A DNA stretch of 64,000 nucleotides from positions 30,380,001-30,444,000 of the forward strand of contig OX597837.1 of assembly GCA_951406725.2 (NCBI GenBank), given 5' to 3'. This document shows, one piece after another, positions 40,926 to 53,380 of this stretch (the stretch's first letter is position 1; every line of letters starts with the position of its first letter). Source of the DNA: Octopus vulgaris (taxonomy: Eukaryota). The notes under the pieces are model-generated. The model had not been told where the DNA came from, did not search any database, and worked only from the letters and a program-made list of their open reading frames with translations. Position numbers and translations under genes: made by a program.

Positions 40926-41726
40926 AGGTAAGAAAGAGGGGAAAGATTAGTTATCTATATAAAGTTCATGAAAGTTCACGTCCATGCATATATACGCATA
41001 CATATATACATACACGCACACACACATACATACACGTGCACACACATACACATATACACAGACGGGGAGAGAAGGAAGGTGGAAAAAAAAAGAAAGAAAA
41101 TGAGTGAAAATATATTAAAATATATATATATTTTAAAGTGTGAAGAAAGGGTTATTTAATTTTGAAGCCAAATTCTACCTTCGAGACAGTTATTGAAATG
41201 TAAACAAAAAAAAAAAAAAAAAAAATAGCGATCGTAAACTTTAACGGAGATGTGGGCTTAAGTTATATAAAATAGGATAATAAACAAAATATGAAATAGA
41301 AGATGAAAGTGATACTTAATCCAACGATGTGGTCTGGATTTTTCGTGGTTTTTTTCGTGGTTATTTTCCAGGAGATGTTTCTTTTTCCTTCTACAGTGGA
41401 TTATTTTTTTTTTTTTTTTCACCATGTGCGTTTTCGGTGAAAAGAAAAAATTTTTACTGTGTTTGGCTTCAGGCAAAATATATTACGTTTTTGATTAATA
41501 TATTTGTAGCCGAAGTGTTGTAGTGGGCTTTATGAGTTGAATTTGTGACTTTCAGTAGATTATTTCACCGATTTATGCACACTTTCTGCTTTTTAAACAG
41601 AGCAAAAACGATACACGACTCTCCCTGTCGGATCCGATATATATATATACTCTAGTTAAGGTAATTAACTTAATCTCATTTATTTACATGCATACTAGCA
41701 GAATAGCACACACACACATACCCACG

Positions 41727-41775
<49 letters not shown>

Positions 41776-41941
41776 CTCTCCTGCTGTTGTTATAGTTTTC
41801 TACTTTTTAAAAATTTTGTTTCAATTATTTACAAATTTGGTATATTGATTTAGTTTATTATGCTAAGTTAATAGCCTTTTAAGTTTGCAAGTATCCATAT
41901 TATGAGTGCTATTTCATATTATGAGTGAAATAAACAATCTG

Positions 41942-42158
41942 CGAGAGCGAATCAAAAAGTAATGCCATTTTGTTTAGGACAGGTATAATTACCAACACAG
42001 GAACATGTATCATACATCAAAATGAAGTTAGTCCTCTGTGGATCACATCCCTACTTTTCAACATAATCACCATTTCTCTCAATAGCAATGTTCCACCTTC
42101 AAATGAGAGCATGTATCCCTGCCCCGTAAAATTCCGTTGACAGTTCTTTGAGCCACAT
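41942..42158 (-). mobile_element. Mariner 3' end remnant
   Basis: Minus translation GIHALI*RWNIAIERNGDYVEK* is typical of a mariner transposase C-terminus. Confidence 0.7.
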
Positions 42159-42394
42159 AAAAAACACTGGTGATTTTTAATGCTTAAATTATATATAATG
42201 ATTGAGATTACTTATATGAACTAAAGGTGTGTTTTTGCCAATGTTTACATCGGTATGCACACTCTATAACCGTGTTTACTAGGTGATTTTTAGAAAAAAT
42301 AATGAAGAAATGTTCAGAATCACAGAGAAAACAGAATTCCTTGCCTTTGTCATAAGGTATCGATATTGAGAGAATCAACCATTCTAAATTAAAT

Positions 42395-43080
42395 CATGAT
42401 GTCATAGGAGAGAACTGTGTCTGTATGGATGATAGTGCACTTGCATTCAATGATTCCACTAACAAAGAGGCTTGGAGATGCCATTATGAAAGACTGCTGA
42501 CGTGGAGAATAAATGGGAGGAGGAGAATCTACCAAAGGTTGACCCAGTTGAGGGACCAGCTACCTGAATCGACAGTACCCTGGCAGATAAATCAATTAAG
42601 GATATGAATTCCATGGCACTCATGTACACCATAGAAGATACCAGATTGCTGTCTGACATGCCCATTAAAATCTCCAGTCACAATGATGAGATCATTGTCA
42701 CTTGTCTTTGGGGTAGCCTGCAAAAGAATATTATAAAAGTGATCCTTTATTCATTTGGTAGACCTGTTTGTAGGGCGTAGGCAGAGATAATTGTAGCTAT
42801 ACTATTCTGCAAGACTAGCCTGAGTTTAAGTACTCTATCGCCCACCCTGACTACCTCTATGACCTTTTCCACCCATTTCCCTCCAAGAAGTATGCCCACA
42901 CCTCTTACTCTGTCACTGTTACCTTCCCAGAAGAGTTCATACCCATGTGCTTTGCCTGTGAGAACCATAGCTGAAGCTCCTCTCCATCTTACCTCTTGTA
43001 TGCAACATACATCAACATGGCCTCTGTTCAATCCCGATAGACCTACCTTTCAATGTTCCTACATTTACGGTGCCAACTCT
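42395..43080. mobile_element. RTE-clade LINE fragments in opposite orientations
   Basis: Minus 42747-43031: VDVCCIQEVRWRG..GVGILL..IISAYALQ (APE endonuclease); plus about 42400-42660: KEAWRCHYERLL linker. Confidence 0.75.
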
Positions 43081-43198
43081 GAAAACTGGGGAAGGGATGT
43101 GGGAGGAAACATGGGAAGGAGAGATCTAAGGGATCATAAATCAGAGAGAAGATGCACTCGTATATCTGTCAGTAGTGTAGTTATATTATCAATTTTAT

Positions 43199-43702
43199 AT
43201 TAAATATCCATCATGGCTGGGCTTACCAATCGATTTCGCGTAAAGAATACAATGGAGTGTTAGGTAACAGTCTGATCATATAACTCTACACTCATCAGAG
43301 GTAGCTGGTATGGAAGGGAATAAGGCAACTGCTCTCTATGGTCAGAGGTGGATTAGTACATCCATCAGCGGCTAATGTGAAGTAAGTGGTGAAACAGAAA
43401 AGGGTCCACGGGGATTGGATTAGGAGTTATGTCCCTTGGTTAGGTATGCACTCTCCCTACTTCATGGGACATAACTTCTAAGCCAATCCTGTGGACCCTT
43501 TCCGTTTCACCTCTTTTTCACAGCAGCCGCTGATCGGTTGTGCTAGCCCACCTCTGACAATAGAGAGCAGTCGCCATATTCCCTTCCAAACCAACTACCT
43601 CTGATGAGCGTAGAGTTATATAATAAAACTGTTAACTAACGCTCCATTGTATTCCTTATGGTAAACCGATTGATTAGACCAGCCATGATGGATATTTAAT
43701 AC
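43199..43702. repeat. Diverged palindrome (about 240 bp arms) with hammerhead-like remnants
   Basis: ATTAAATATCCATCATGGCTGG / CCAGCCATGATGGATATTTAAT ends; central GTTATGTCCC / GGGACATAAC. Confidence 0.85.
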
Positions 43703-44094
43703 TATAAAATTCAGATGATATGTATGTATTAAACAAAATAGTATAAAAAAACTACAGAAGATTTGTATTATATGGTTTAAAATATATTGAAATCGTCGTG
43801 TTAGGAAAATAATATAAAATTTTGTGTTTAGGTTTATTGCTTTTGGAGTAATAACCGGTTTCGCATTTTCTTTTGAAATTTCTGAAATCCCTTCACCGAT
43901 GTTGTGTCATCTATTTGTTATGGTGTGATGTATTAGATTGGCAACTAAGTTCCCGCTGTCTTTTTTTTTATTTAAAATTTTTAAAAGGTTTAATAAAAAA
44001 AATAACAACTAATTCATCAGTAATGTATTTGCTTGACTAAAGGTGGTGCTCCAGCATGGTCGCAGTCAAATGACTGAAACAAGTAAAAGAATAT

Positions 44095-44112
44095 ACATAC
44101 GTATGTACTTAC

Positions 44113-44143
<31 letters not shown>

Positions 44144-44923
44144 CATACATACATACATACATACATACATACATACATACATACATACATACATACATAC
44201 ATACATACATACATACATACATACATACATACATACATACATACATACATACATACATACATACACATACATACATACATACATACATACATACATACAT
44301 ACACGCACACATACACACATACATACGTACATACATACATACATACATACATACACACATACATACATACATACATACATACATACATACATACATACAT
44401 ACATACATACATACATACATACATACATACATACATACATACATACATACATACACGCACACATACATACATATTAGTCCAACTTTATTGGAAACAAGAG
44501 ACGAAGACAGGTGAAGGAAGAACAAGGAGGTGTATTAGCTTAACGCTCGGGAAGAATGGAAAAGTCTTTGACGTTTTGAGCCCACGGGATCGAATATACC
44601 TCCAAGCATATTTGAACTGGTAACAATACATACACACATACATACATACATACATACATACATACAGATATACATACATACAGATATACATACATACATA
44701 CAGACATACAGACATACAGACATACATACATACATACATACATACAGATATACATACATACATACATACATACATACATACATACAGACATACATACATA
44801 CATACATACATACATACATACATACAGACATACAGACGTACAGACATACATACATACATACATACAAATATACATACATACATACAGACATACAGACAGA
44901 CATGCATACATACATACATATAT

Positions 44924-44958
<35 letters not shown>

Positions 44959-45191
44959 TATATACATACACACATACATACATACATACATACATACATA
45001 CAGACATACATACATACAGACAGACAGACAGAAATACATACATACATACATACATACATACATACATACATACATACATACATACATACATACATACAGA
45101 CAGACAGACAGACAGACAGACAGATATGCATACATACATGCATGCATACAGACAGACAGATATGCATACATACATACAGACAGACATACAT

Positions 45192-45225
<34 letters not shown>

Positions 45226-45236
45226 TGACAGACAGA
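44095..45236. repeat. (CATA)n/(CAGA)n microsatellites
   Basis: Directly visible. Confidence 0.95.
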
Positions 45237-45915
45237 CATGCAATCCCTGAGTCAAAATCAGTGCGTGACATGAGCAATGATGCATCTTTCCAAGTGCATA
45301 TTACTAATCTGGTGATAAAATGCAGACGGCTAGCTGGATGGATTCTCCGAACTTTCAGAACAAGAGAGAAGGGGACACTGATGGTCCTCTGGAAAACATT
45401 CGTCCTCAGCCGCTTGGACTACTGCTCCCAACTGTGGTCACCACACAATATAAAACTACAGCAGAACTCGAAGCAATTCAGAGAAGCTACACAAAATATC
45501 AGCTACTGGGAAAGACTGAAAGTATTAAACCTCTTCTCCCTAGAGCGGAGGCGGGAGAGATATGCGGTGATATACATCTGGAAAATCCTGGAGGGTCTTG
45601 TCCCAAACTTTGGCATTCAAAGTTACCCCAACCGCAGAGCGGGGCGCCACTGCATGGTGCTAAAGATTCCAACATCACCATCAAAATACAGGACCGGATA
45701 CTGTAACAGCTTGGGTTCAGAGGACCACAGCTCTTTAACATCCTCCCTAAATGTCTGAGAGACTTGCATGGTGTGGATGTGGGTTTCTTTAAAACTAAAC
45801 TGGATCTCTTCTTGTCGGGAGTCCCAGATGAATCTACCTCACGACAGGAGACGCGGATGCGGGCAGCAGCATCGAACTCCCTTGTTGATCAAGTGCCACG
45901 TATCAGAGGTGGATT
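45237..45915 (+). mobile_element. Older CR1-type LINE 3' fragment
   Basis: AIPESKSVRD..CRRLAGWILRTF..LDYCSQLWSP..LFSLERRRERY, with frameshifts; a diverged relative of the 36 kb LINE. Confidence 0.88.
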
Positions 45916-46444
45916 CACACATTAGTGTAGCTCATTCAGACAAACTAAACTTTGTCTATTTACTATGAAACGCAAGTTCAGTTTATTTGGAGAAAGCTAG
46001 CAAAGGTGGCAACACCAACAGTCGTCAGTCAAAATTTGCGCGTAGACAGCTTTCAGAATTAATTCAAGAAATCGCTGAAGGAAATCGAAGAATGTGAAAC
46101 TAGTAGTGTAAGGGAGATAACTCAAAGCATTTTAGTGAAATCTCACTTTTCTTACTTCTGCGATCGATAAGTTCCAATCAAATACTGAGATTGATCACAT
46201 CTATGTATTTATTGTTGTTGCTATCTTTACGCTGGAGTTATCTTATGTCTGATGATGCCAGACACAAAGATAGGGGGACAGAGGAATATAGATAGAAATA
46301 AGTATAAAGGAACTAGGGGTCTTTTGGGTCCGAGTGGCTGAGGTTACGAAGGTGGGGTCAGGCGCTATAAACCAGCAATACCCTTCATGTGCTGAAAAAG
46401 TAGGGAAGCGTCGTTCCCTTAAGTAACCCTTCGTTTCCATCTCT

Positions 46445-46550
46445 GCTTTAGAATGAAAGAAAATAGATTATGAGTTTGGAGAAGTTACTATATAAATGCA
46501 AATTAGGGCGAGACAATCATTTGTGGGAGCGGCCACGGGAGAAATACTAC
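46445..46550 (+). promoter_or_regulatory. Conserved upstream block with TATATAAA (copy D)
   Basis: Aligns with 60629-60735 upstream of copy E; TATATAAA at 46489-46496. Confidence 0.5.
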
Positions 46551-46907
46551 TGAATTGCATACAGGTAAATGTCTACAATGAGAAAGTGGTTGTTTGAAAT
46601 TGAGTTCATGACCATAATATGTGTGTGTGTGTGTGTGTGTGTGTGTATGAAGGAGAGAGGGACAGTGACAGAAAGAGGTTGTGTGACAGAGAGAGAGAGG
46701 GGGGAGAGAGAGTAAGAGACACAAGGTGAGTGAGAGAGACGGTGGTAAGAGGAAAAACCGTCGACAATCAGGAAGTAAAACAAGAAAATCAGACGAGAAA
46801 AGAAGACAGGTCGCATAAGACAGAGTGAAAATTACCGATTCAATATCATATCAAGAAGTCAATTGTTCTAACATAGTATCGTGGCCGTTTGTTGAAAAGT
46901 TGCAAAT

Positions 46908-48242
46908 ATGCCCACACCAGACGATTATCATAAGAATGGTGGCTCAAAATGGAACGGCCACAACAGTCAATATTTAGAAGACCAACCGAAAGAAAAGGAC
47001 GAAACTACACAAGACAACGATAGCGACATGGATGAAATGGCCACGGAATCGACATCGTTGTTGCCTAATCAAAACCCCGATCAAGATAGAAGGGATGAAC
47101 CACTTCATTCTAATGAAGAAATTGATAAAGTCAGTCTATCTGCTGGTACACAAGAAACCGATCGAGTCGAGGCAATTGCGGATACGCAATTAACTAGTGA
47201 AGATGAGAACCCTGGTTCACCGTCGTTTACTGAAACAACCAGGGCAAATAGGAGACCTGCTGGTAGAAACACGACCCCTCAAAGTGGGATCTCTCTGGCT
47301 ACTCAAACGACTGAGGAACCTTTAGTTGCTGAAACAACCAGGGCAAATAGGAGACCTGCTGGTAGAGACACGACTCCTCAAAGTGGGATCTCTCTGGCTA
47401 CTCAAACGACTGAGGAACCTTTAGTTGCTGAAACAACCAGGGCAAATAGGAGACCTGCTGGTAGAGACACGACTCCTCAAAGTGGGATCTCTCTGGCTAC
47501 TCAAACGACCGAGGAAGATAGATCCGCGGAACCTTTGGTTACTGAAACAACCGAGGCAAATAGGAAACCTGCTGGTAGAGAAACGACTCCTCAAAGTGGG
47601 ATCTCTCTGGCTACTCAAATGACCGAGGAAGATAGATCCGCGGAACGTTTGGTTACTGAAACAACCGAGGCAAATAGGAGACCTGCTGGTAGAGAAACGA
47701 CTCCTCCAAGTGGGATCTCTCTGGCTACTCAAACGACCGAGGAAGATAGATCCGCGGAACGTTTGGTTACTGAAACAACCGAGGCAAATAGGAGACCTGC
47801 TGGTAGAGAAACGACTCCTCCAAGTGGGATCTCTCTGGCTACTCAAACGACCGAGGAAGATAGATCCGCGGAGCGTTTGGTTACTGAAACAACCGAGGCA
47901 AATAGGAGACCTGCTGGTAGAGAAACGACTCCTCCAAGTGGGATCTCTCTGTCTACTCAAACGACTGAGGAAACTTTGGATTCTGAAACAACCAGGGAAA
48001 ACGTTGAAGAAAGGACATGTCCTACAATAGCAGCAAGTGGTCAAAATGGGATCTCTGCGGATCGTCCATTGACTTGTGTACAAATACCAGATGGAAATGG
48101 GACCTCCGAGAATAGTCCAGTGACAGGTGCAGGAAGGAGACCATGCACAGTACCACCATTGTGTACACGTGATAAATGGAAAATCTTGGTTTTTATTGTC
48201 GTGGTTATAGTAATAGCAATTATTATTGCTGTTATCATTAAG
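46908..48242 (+). CDS. TNF-like gene copy D, exon 1 (445 codons; repeat-expanded tail + TM)
   Basis: Open from the ATG; TM ILVFIVVVIVIAIIIAVII; ends ATTAAG|gtattt. Confidence 0.88.
47232..47984 (+). repeat. In-frame coding tandem repeat, 7 units (99, 99, 114, 114, 114, 114, 99 bp)
   Basis: GAAACAACC unit starts at 47232, 47331, 47430, 47544, 47658, 47772, 47886 and 47985. Confidence 0.95.
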
Positions 48243-48368
48243 GTATTTAATTTCACTGAATTTCATATATGTAGTTTTTGTCAGTCTACCTATTTAGTTA
48301 TCTACAACCTTACTAACTACATATCAACGTACATATATACATGCATACACACACATTAGTAGAGGGTG

Positions 48369-48399
<31 letters not shown>

Positions 48400-48454
48400 G
48401 AGAATGTGTGTGTGTGTATCTATATCTCTCTCTATATATATATAAAACTGAGAA

Positions 48455-48538
<84 letters not shown>

Positions 48539-48662
48539 GTATATATGTACACACAAATGTACACACGCACACACATTCCCACACATTCCCACACACCTCC
48601 TTCTCTTACTCTCTACTTTCTTCTGGTCATTTCAAACTGTAGCCACATGTGAATCGTTGGCG

Positions 48663-48693
<31 letters not shown>

Positions 48694-48722
48694 TATAAAC
48701 ATATACATATACACATATACAT

Positions 48723-48775
<53 letters not shown>

Positions 48776-48915
48776 TTATATGTATGTATGTATACGTATG
48801 TACACACAAATGTACACACGCACACACATTCCCACACATACACACACACCTCCTTCTCTTACTCTCTACTTTCTTCTGGTCATTTCAAACTGTAGCCACA
48901 TGTGAATCGTTGGCG

Positions 48916-48949
<34 letters not shown>

Positions 48950-48973
48950 TAAACATATACATATATACATATA

Positions 48974-49033
<60 letters not shown>

Positions 49034-49057
49034 TATACATATATACATATACATATA

Positions 49058-49088
<31 letters not shown>

Positions 49089-49093
49089 ATGTG

Positions 49094-49154
<61 letters not shown>

Positions 49155-49386
49155 AGGTTTGGAGATGATGTACAGGTATTATATATTAGAAGAAATGAGG
49201 TACTCAGAAAGTCGGATGGTTTATATTTACAGATATTTATTTGTATATTACATTTTTTATATATCATATAACTTAGATTATGTATTAGCGCTTTCTCCCA
49301 TTCTAGTGGGGTTTTCAAATCAAACTTATTTATACAAATAAATATCTGTAAATATAAACCATCCGATTTTCTGAGTACCTCATTTC

Positions 49387-49482
<96 letters not shown>

Positions 49483-49819
49483 TAGATAAGAAAGTTGGTT
49501 TGTGAAAGCACGTGGTTGAATATATAGAAAATAGTAAAAAGTGAAAAACTACAGAAGGCTTGTTTTAAAAGGTTAAAAAATATATATTTGAGTCAATATG
49601 TCTGAAGAATATTATAAATTTTTTTCCTTACAATGACATAGTTTAGAAGAAAGACCGGTTTCGCGTTTAGCTTTTCAAATTTCTTTACAACAAAAGAAAG
49701 TGGGCTTTCCGTTCACATGTGGGAAACCCACTTTCCTCTTTCTAGGAAATATGCATCTCAGTATTAAATTACTTTCTTTAGTCAATACTGATTCATCGCT
49801 TATAAGCTTTAAGCTTATG

Positions 49820-49909
49820 GATTATTATTATTGTTGTTGTTGTTGTTGCTGTTGTTATTGTTGTTGTTGTTTTTGTTGTTGTTGTTATTATTATTATTAT
49901 TGTTATTGC

Positions 49910-49943
<34 letters not shown>

Positions 49944-50128
49944 GCTATTATTATTATTATTATTGCTATTATTATTATTATTATTATTATCATCATTATT
50001 ATCATTATCATTATTATTTCTAAGAAATTTGAAAAGCTAAACGCGAAACCAGTCTTTCTTCTAAATTATGTCATTATTATTATTATTATTATTATTATCA
50101 TTATTATTATTATCATCATCATTATTGC

Positions 50129-50161
<33 letters not shown>

Positions 50162-50563
50162 CATTATTATTATTATCATTATCATTATTGCTATTATTAT
50201 TATTATTATTGAGTGAGAGAGCAGTTCATGCCATCAAAGTGACACTGGGGTAAAATATACGAAGCCCAATATACCCATCATGACTACCCGTCTGATAAGG
50301 GTACACTAGGCACATTCATCACAACCATATGTGCGCGACATGGTGATCTCATATGAAGATAAACAGTACATGACCTTGCAGGTGGGGGCCCAGTTAGAAT
50401 TTTCTTCTGGTCGAGAAACCCATCCCACTCAAAAGGTCCCTGAATAAGGGTTGTTTAAGGATGTTGAACAGAAAGATACACAGAGAGAGAAAAACACAGA
50501 AAGAAGGAGAGAAAAAAATGCGTGCAGTAGCTAACGAATCAACATGGCGATCTATATATATAT

Positions 50564-50610
<47 letters not shown>

Positions 50611-51008
50611 TAAGAAGCTTGAAGCCTATAAGCGATCGCCCTGTATTGACTAACGAAAGTAATCTAATATCGGGTGCATAAGCTCCCGACAGAAAAAGTC
50701 ACTTTTCCATATACCTACGGAAAACCCACTTTTTTTTCTGTCGAGAGCTTATGCTTCCCAATTTGAGGTTACTTTCTTTACAACAAAAGAAAGTGGGCTT
50801 TCCGTTCACATGTGGGAAACCCACTTTCCTCTTTCTAGGAAATATGCATCTTAGTATTAAATTACTTTCTGTAGTCAATACTGATTCATCGCTTATAAGC
50901 TTTAAGCTTATGGATTATTATTATTGTTGTTGTTGTTGTTGTTGTTGATGTTATTGTTGTTGTTGTTATTATTATTATTATTATTATTGCTATTATTATT
51001 ATTATTGC

Positions 51009-51047
<39 letters not shown>

Positions 51048-51135
51048 CATCATTATTATCATTATCATTATTATTATTATCATTATTATTATTATTGCTA
51101 TTATTATTATTATTATTATTATTATTATCATCATT

Positions 51136-51170
<35 letters not shown>

Positions 51171-51173
51171 TGC

Positions 51174-51218
<45 letters not shown>

Positions 51219-51353
51219 CATTATTATTATTATCATTATTATTATTAACATCATTATTATTAACATCATCATTATTATTATTATCATTATTATTATTATT
51301 ATTATTATTATTGCTGTTATTACTATTATTATTATTATTATTATTATTATTGC

Positions 51354-51389
<36 letters not shown>

Positions 51390-51605
51390 CATCATTATTA
51401 TTATCATTATTATCATTATTATTATTATCATTATTATTATTATTATTATTATCATTATTATTATTATCATCATCATTATTGCTATTATTATTATTATTAT
51501 TTTTTTTAAAATTTTTATTATTGCTGTTATTATTATTATTATTATCATCATCATTATCATTATTATTATTACTATCATTATTATTATTATCATCAAAATT
51601 GTTGC

Positions 51606-51669
<64 letters not shown>

Positions 51670-51670
51670 T
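49820..51670. repeat. (ATT)n-dominated tracts with duplicated or inverted repeat inserts
   Basis: Directly visible; about 49682-49850 is repeated at about 50773-50940. Confidence 0.9.
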
Positions 51671-51898
51671 AGAGAATTGTCAAATTTAGCACAGCTTTTC
51701 AAACGCACACACACACACACACACTCATTGCATGACTAATTCAACTAAGTGACAAATGTATTACTTCACTACCAAGACTGTAACAAGACAGTGACAAACC
51801 CTATATGATAAAGTAATACAATAAAAGTGATATAAGCATTACCAGTCACTTTCTTATTTTGATTTTCTTTTTCCCATTTTCTTTTCTTTCTGCTTCAG

Positions 51899-51917
51899 GT
51901 GTACAAGCGGTCACCTC
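51899..51917 (+). CDS. TNF-like gene copy D, exon 2 (19 nt micro-exon)
   Basis: Long pyrimidine tract, ttcag|GTGTACAAGCGGTCACCTC|gtaagt; VYKRSP; phase 0 to 1 as required; followed by the family-conserved intron 2. Confidence 0.78.
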
Positions 51918-52508
51918 GTAAGTTATTATCAGTATTTACTTTTCATGTGTCAATAAAATCACTAAACATGTCCTCAATACATTACAGTCTTAAAATAGGC
52001 AACAATTTTTTAACATGAAAAGGAACAGACATACTAAAGAAACAACTGGAAAAATAACCACATCGTTAAATATGTGAATGATGTGTCTAGGATAATTAAC
52101 TGGACTTTAGATGACACTTTGATAGGATGAAGCCTCCTGTACATGTTTACTAGAATTGTACTATCAGTCTCAGCAAGGCATTGCTACTGTACAACTGAAC
52201 ATGTTAAAGCTCATGAAACTACAATGTGATGGGTGTAATATATAGATATTTATATAGTCTTGGCTCTCTTTCATTAATGGTTAATAATTTGTCCTCCATG
52301 TAGAAAATTTTCGTTATGATAATAATAATTGTGAAACAGTTAATATGTGGTATAGCTATTTATTAGGTGAGAATCTGAAGTATTTAATATCTGAAATATA
52401 TCAAGAAGTGTCCTTTTCTTCTGCCTTAGTCTTCAGCCAGATATTGAACCTGTATTCAAATATGTATTCCTCCCATTGTCTGATTTCTCTCTGTTTCTTA
52501 TTTTTCAG

Positions 52509-52556
52509 TTCACCATGCCCTTTTCCATTTAGAAACAAGTGGTTACACAGATTCAG
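52509..52556 (+). CDS. TNF-like gene copy D, exon 3 (48 nt)
   Basis: tttcag|TTCACCAT..GATTCAG|gtaagg; (L)HHALFHLETSGYTDS. Confidence 0.85.
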
Positions 52557-52789
52557 GTAAGGTTATATGCACAGATTTATTGCACACTTCTCATAATTTG
52601 AATTATCCCCTTAAATAGCTATAATCACAGGGTTAAGCTAATTCCTACTATCAGAGTATTACTTAAAATTCTTTCATTACATGCATGTGTTAATGACTAC
52701 TATTGCATACTTGGGTTAGCTCCTGCTGTTATAGAATTGGGGAAATTATTACACTTGGAGAAGTATACTACCATGATAGACATAAATAT

Positions 52790-53336
52790 TATTAGACTAC
52801 CCGTGACCCACTGGGTCACCTGGAAAGTCCGAGTTTTCCAGCTAATGTGATTTGTTGTGATACTCTGATGGTTACTGCATGGAAAGTGTTCTGCGTAGGA
52901 TGTGTGCAGTGCCTAGTAGTGCAATTTTCTGTATGTTATATGTGTTTGTAAGTCCTGGTGTTTTTGTTATGTATTTGTCTGAATATTTTTTTATCATGCC
53001 TAATGCACCTACTATGATAGGAATTGTTTCTGTTTTTAGATTCCACATTCTGGTTACCTCTATTTCCAGGTCTTTGTATTTTGAAAGTTTCTCCATTTCT
53101 TTTAGAGACACGTTGTCATCTGCCGGTATTGATACATCAATTAGAAAGCATTTATTTTCTTCATGATCTCTGATAACTATATCTGATCTGTTAGCCTTAA
53201 TTTCTCTATCTGTGTGTATCGGCATATCCCAGAGTATGGTTGCTTTTTCGTTTTCTGAGACCTTTTCTGGTGTGTGCCTATACCATCTTTTTTCTGTTGT
53301 TATTCCATAATGTTGGCATAGCTTCCAGTGTATGTA

Positions 53337-53340
<4 letters not shown>
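52790..53340 (-). mobile_element. R4/Dong-like non-LTR retrotransposon 3' fragment (restriction-like endonuclease)
   Basis: ILWD..IHTDR.I.ANRSDIV...IDVSIP...EKLSKYKDL...PIIVGALG...ALLGTAHILR. Confidence 0.85.

Positions 53341-53379
<39 letters not shown>

Positions 53380-53380
<1 letters not shown>

Larger units (their letters stand above)
36226..41638 (-). mobile_element. Near full-length CR1-clade LINE
   Basis: 5' UTR with tandem repeats, ORF1, APE endonuclease + RT ORF2, short 3' UTR and simple-repeat tail. Confidence 0.9.
35020..41660 (+). pseudogene. TNF-like gene copy C: exon-1 pseudogene split by a LINE
   Basis: ATG at 35020, TGA at 35098, further stops and frameshifts; VTDPLIPNPKEKALPTTW aligns with copy E VTIPLINGRPKKVHPPTPW; TM remnant AIIAIIIIMTTAIFI before the LINE; YTLVK|gtaatt resumes at about 41646-41660. 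Confidence 0.75.

Noticed and set aside
41661-46440. Missing exons 2-4 of copy C
   Set aside because: No 48 nt exon, THD-like frame or conserved intron 2 block found by eye; the region is mostly repeats. A sensitive tblastn could still find decayed traces.
47421-48266. 281 aa antisense ORF
   Set aside because: Shadow of the repetitive exon 1 of copy D.
48243-48359. C-terminal extensions of the ORF-track proteins past ...IK (also 13199-13255 and 61493-61510)
   Set aside because: Read-through into intron 1 beyond a conserved AAG|gta donor.
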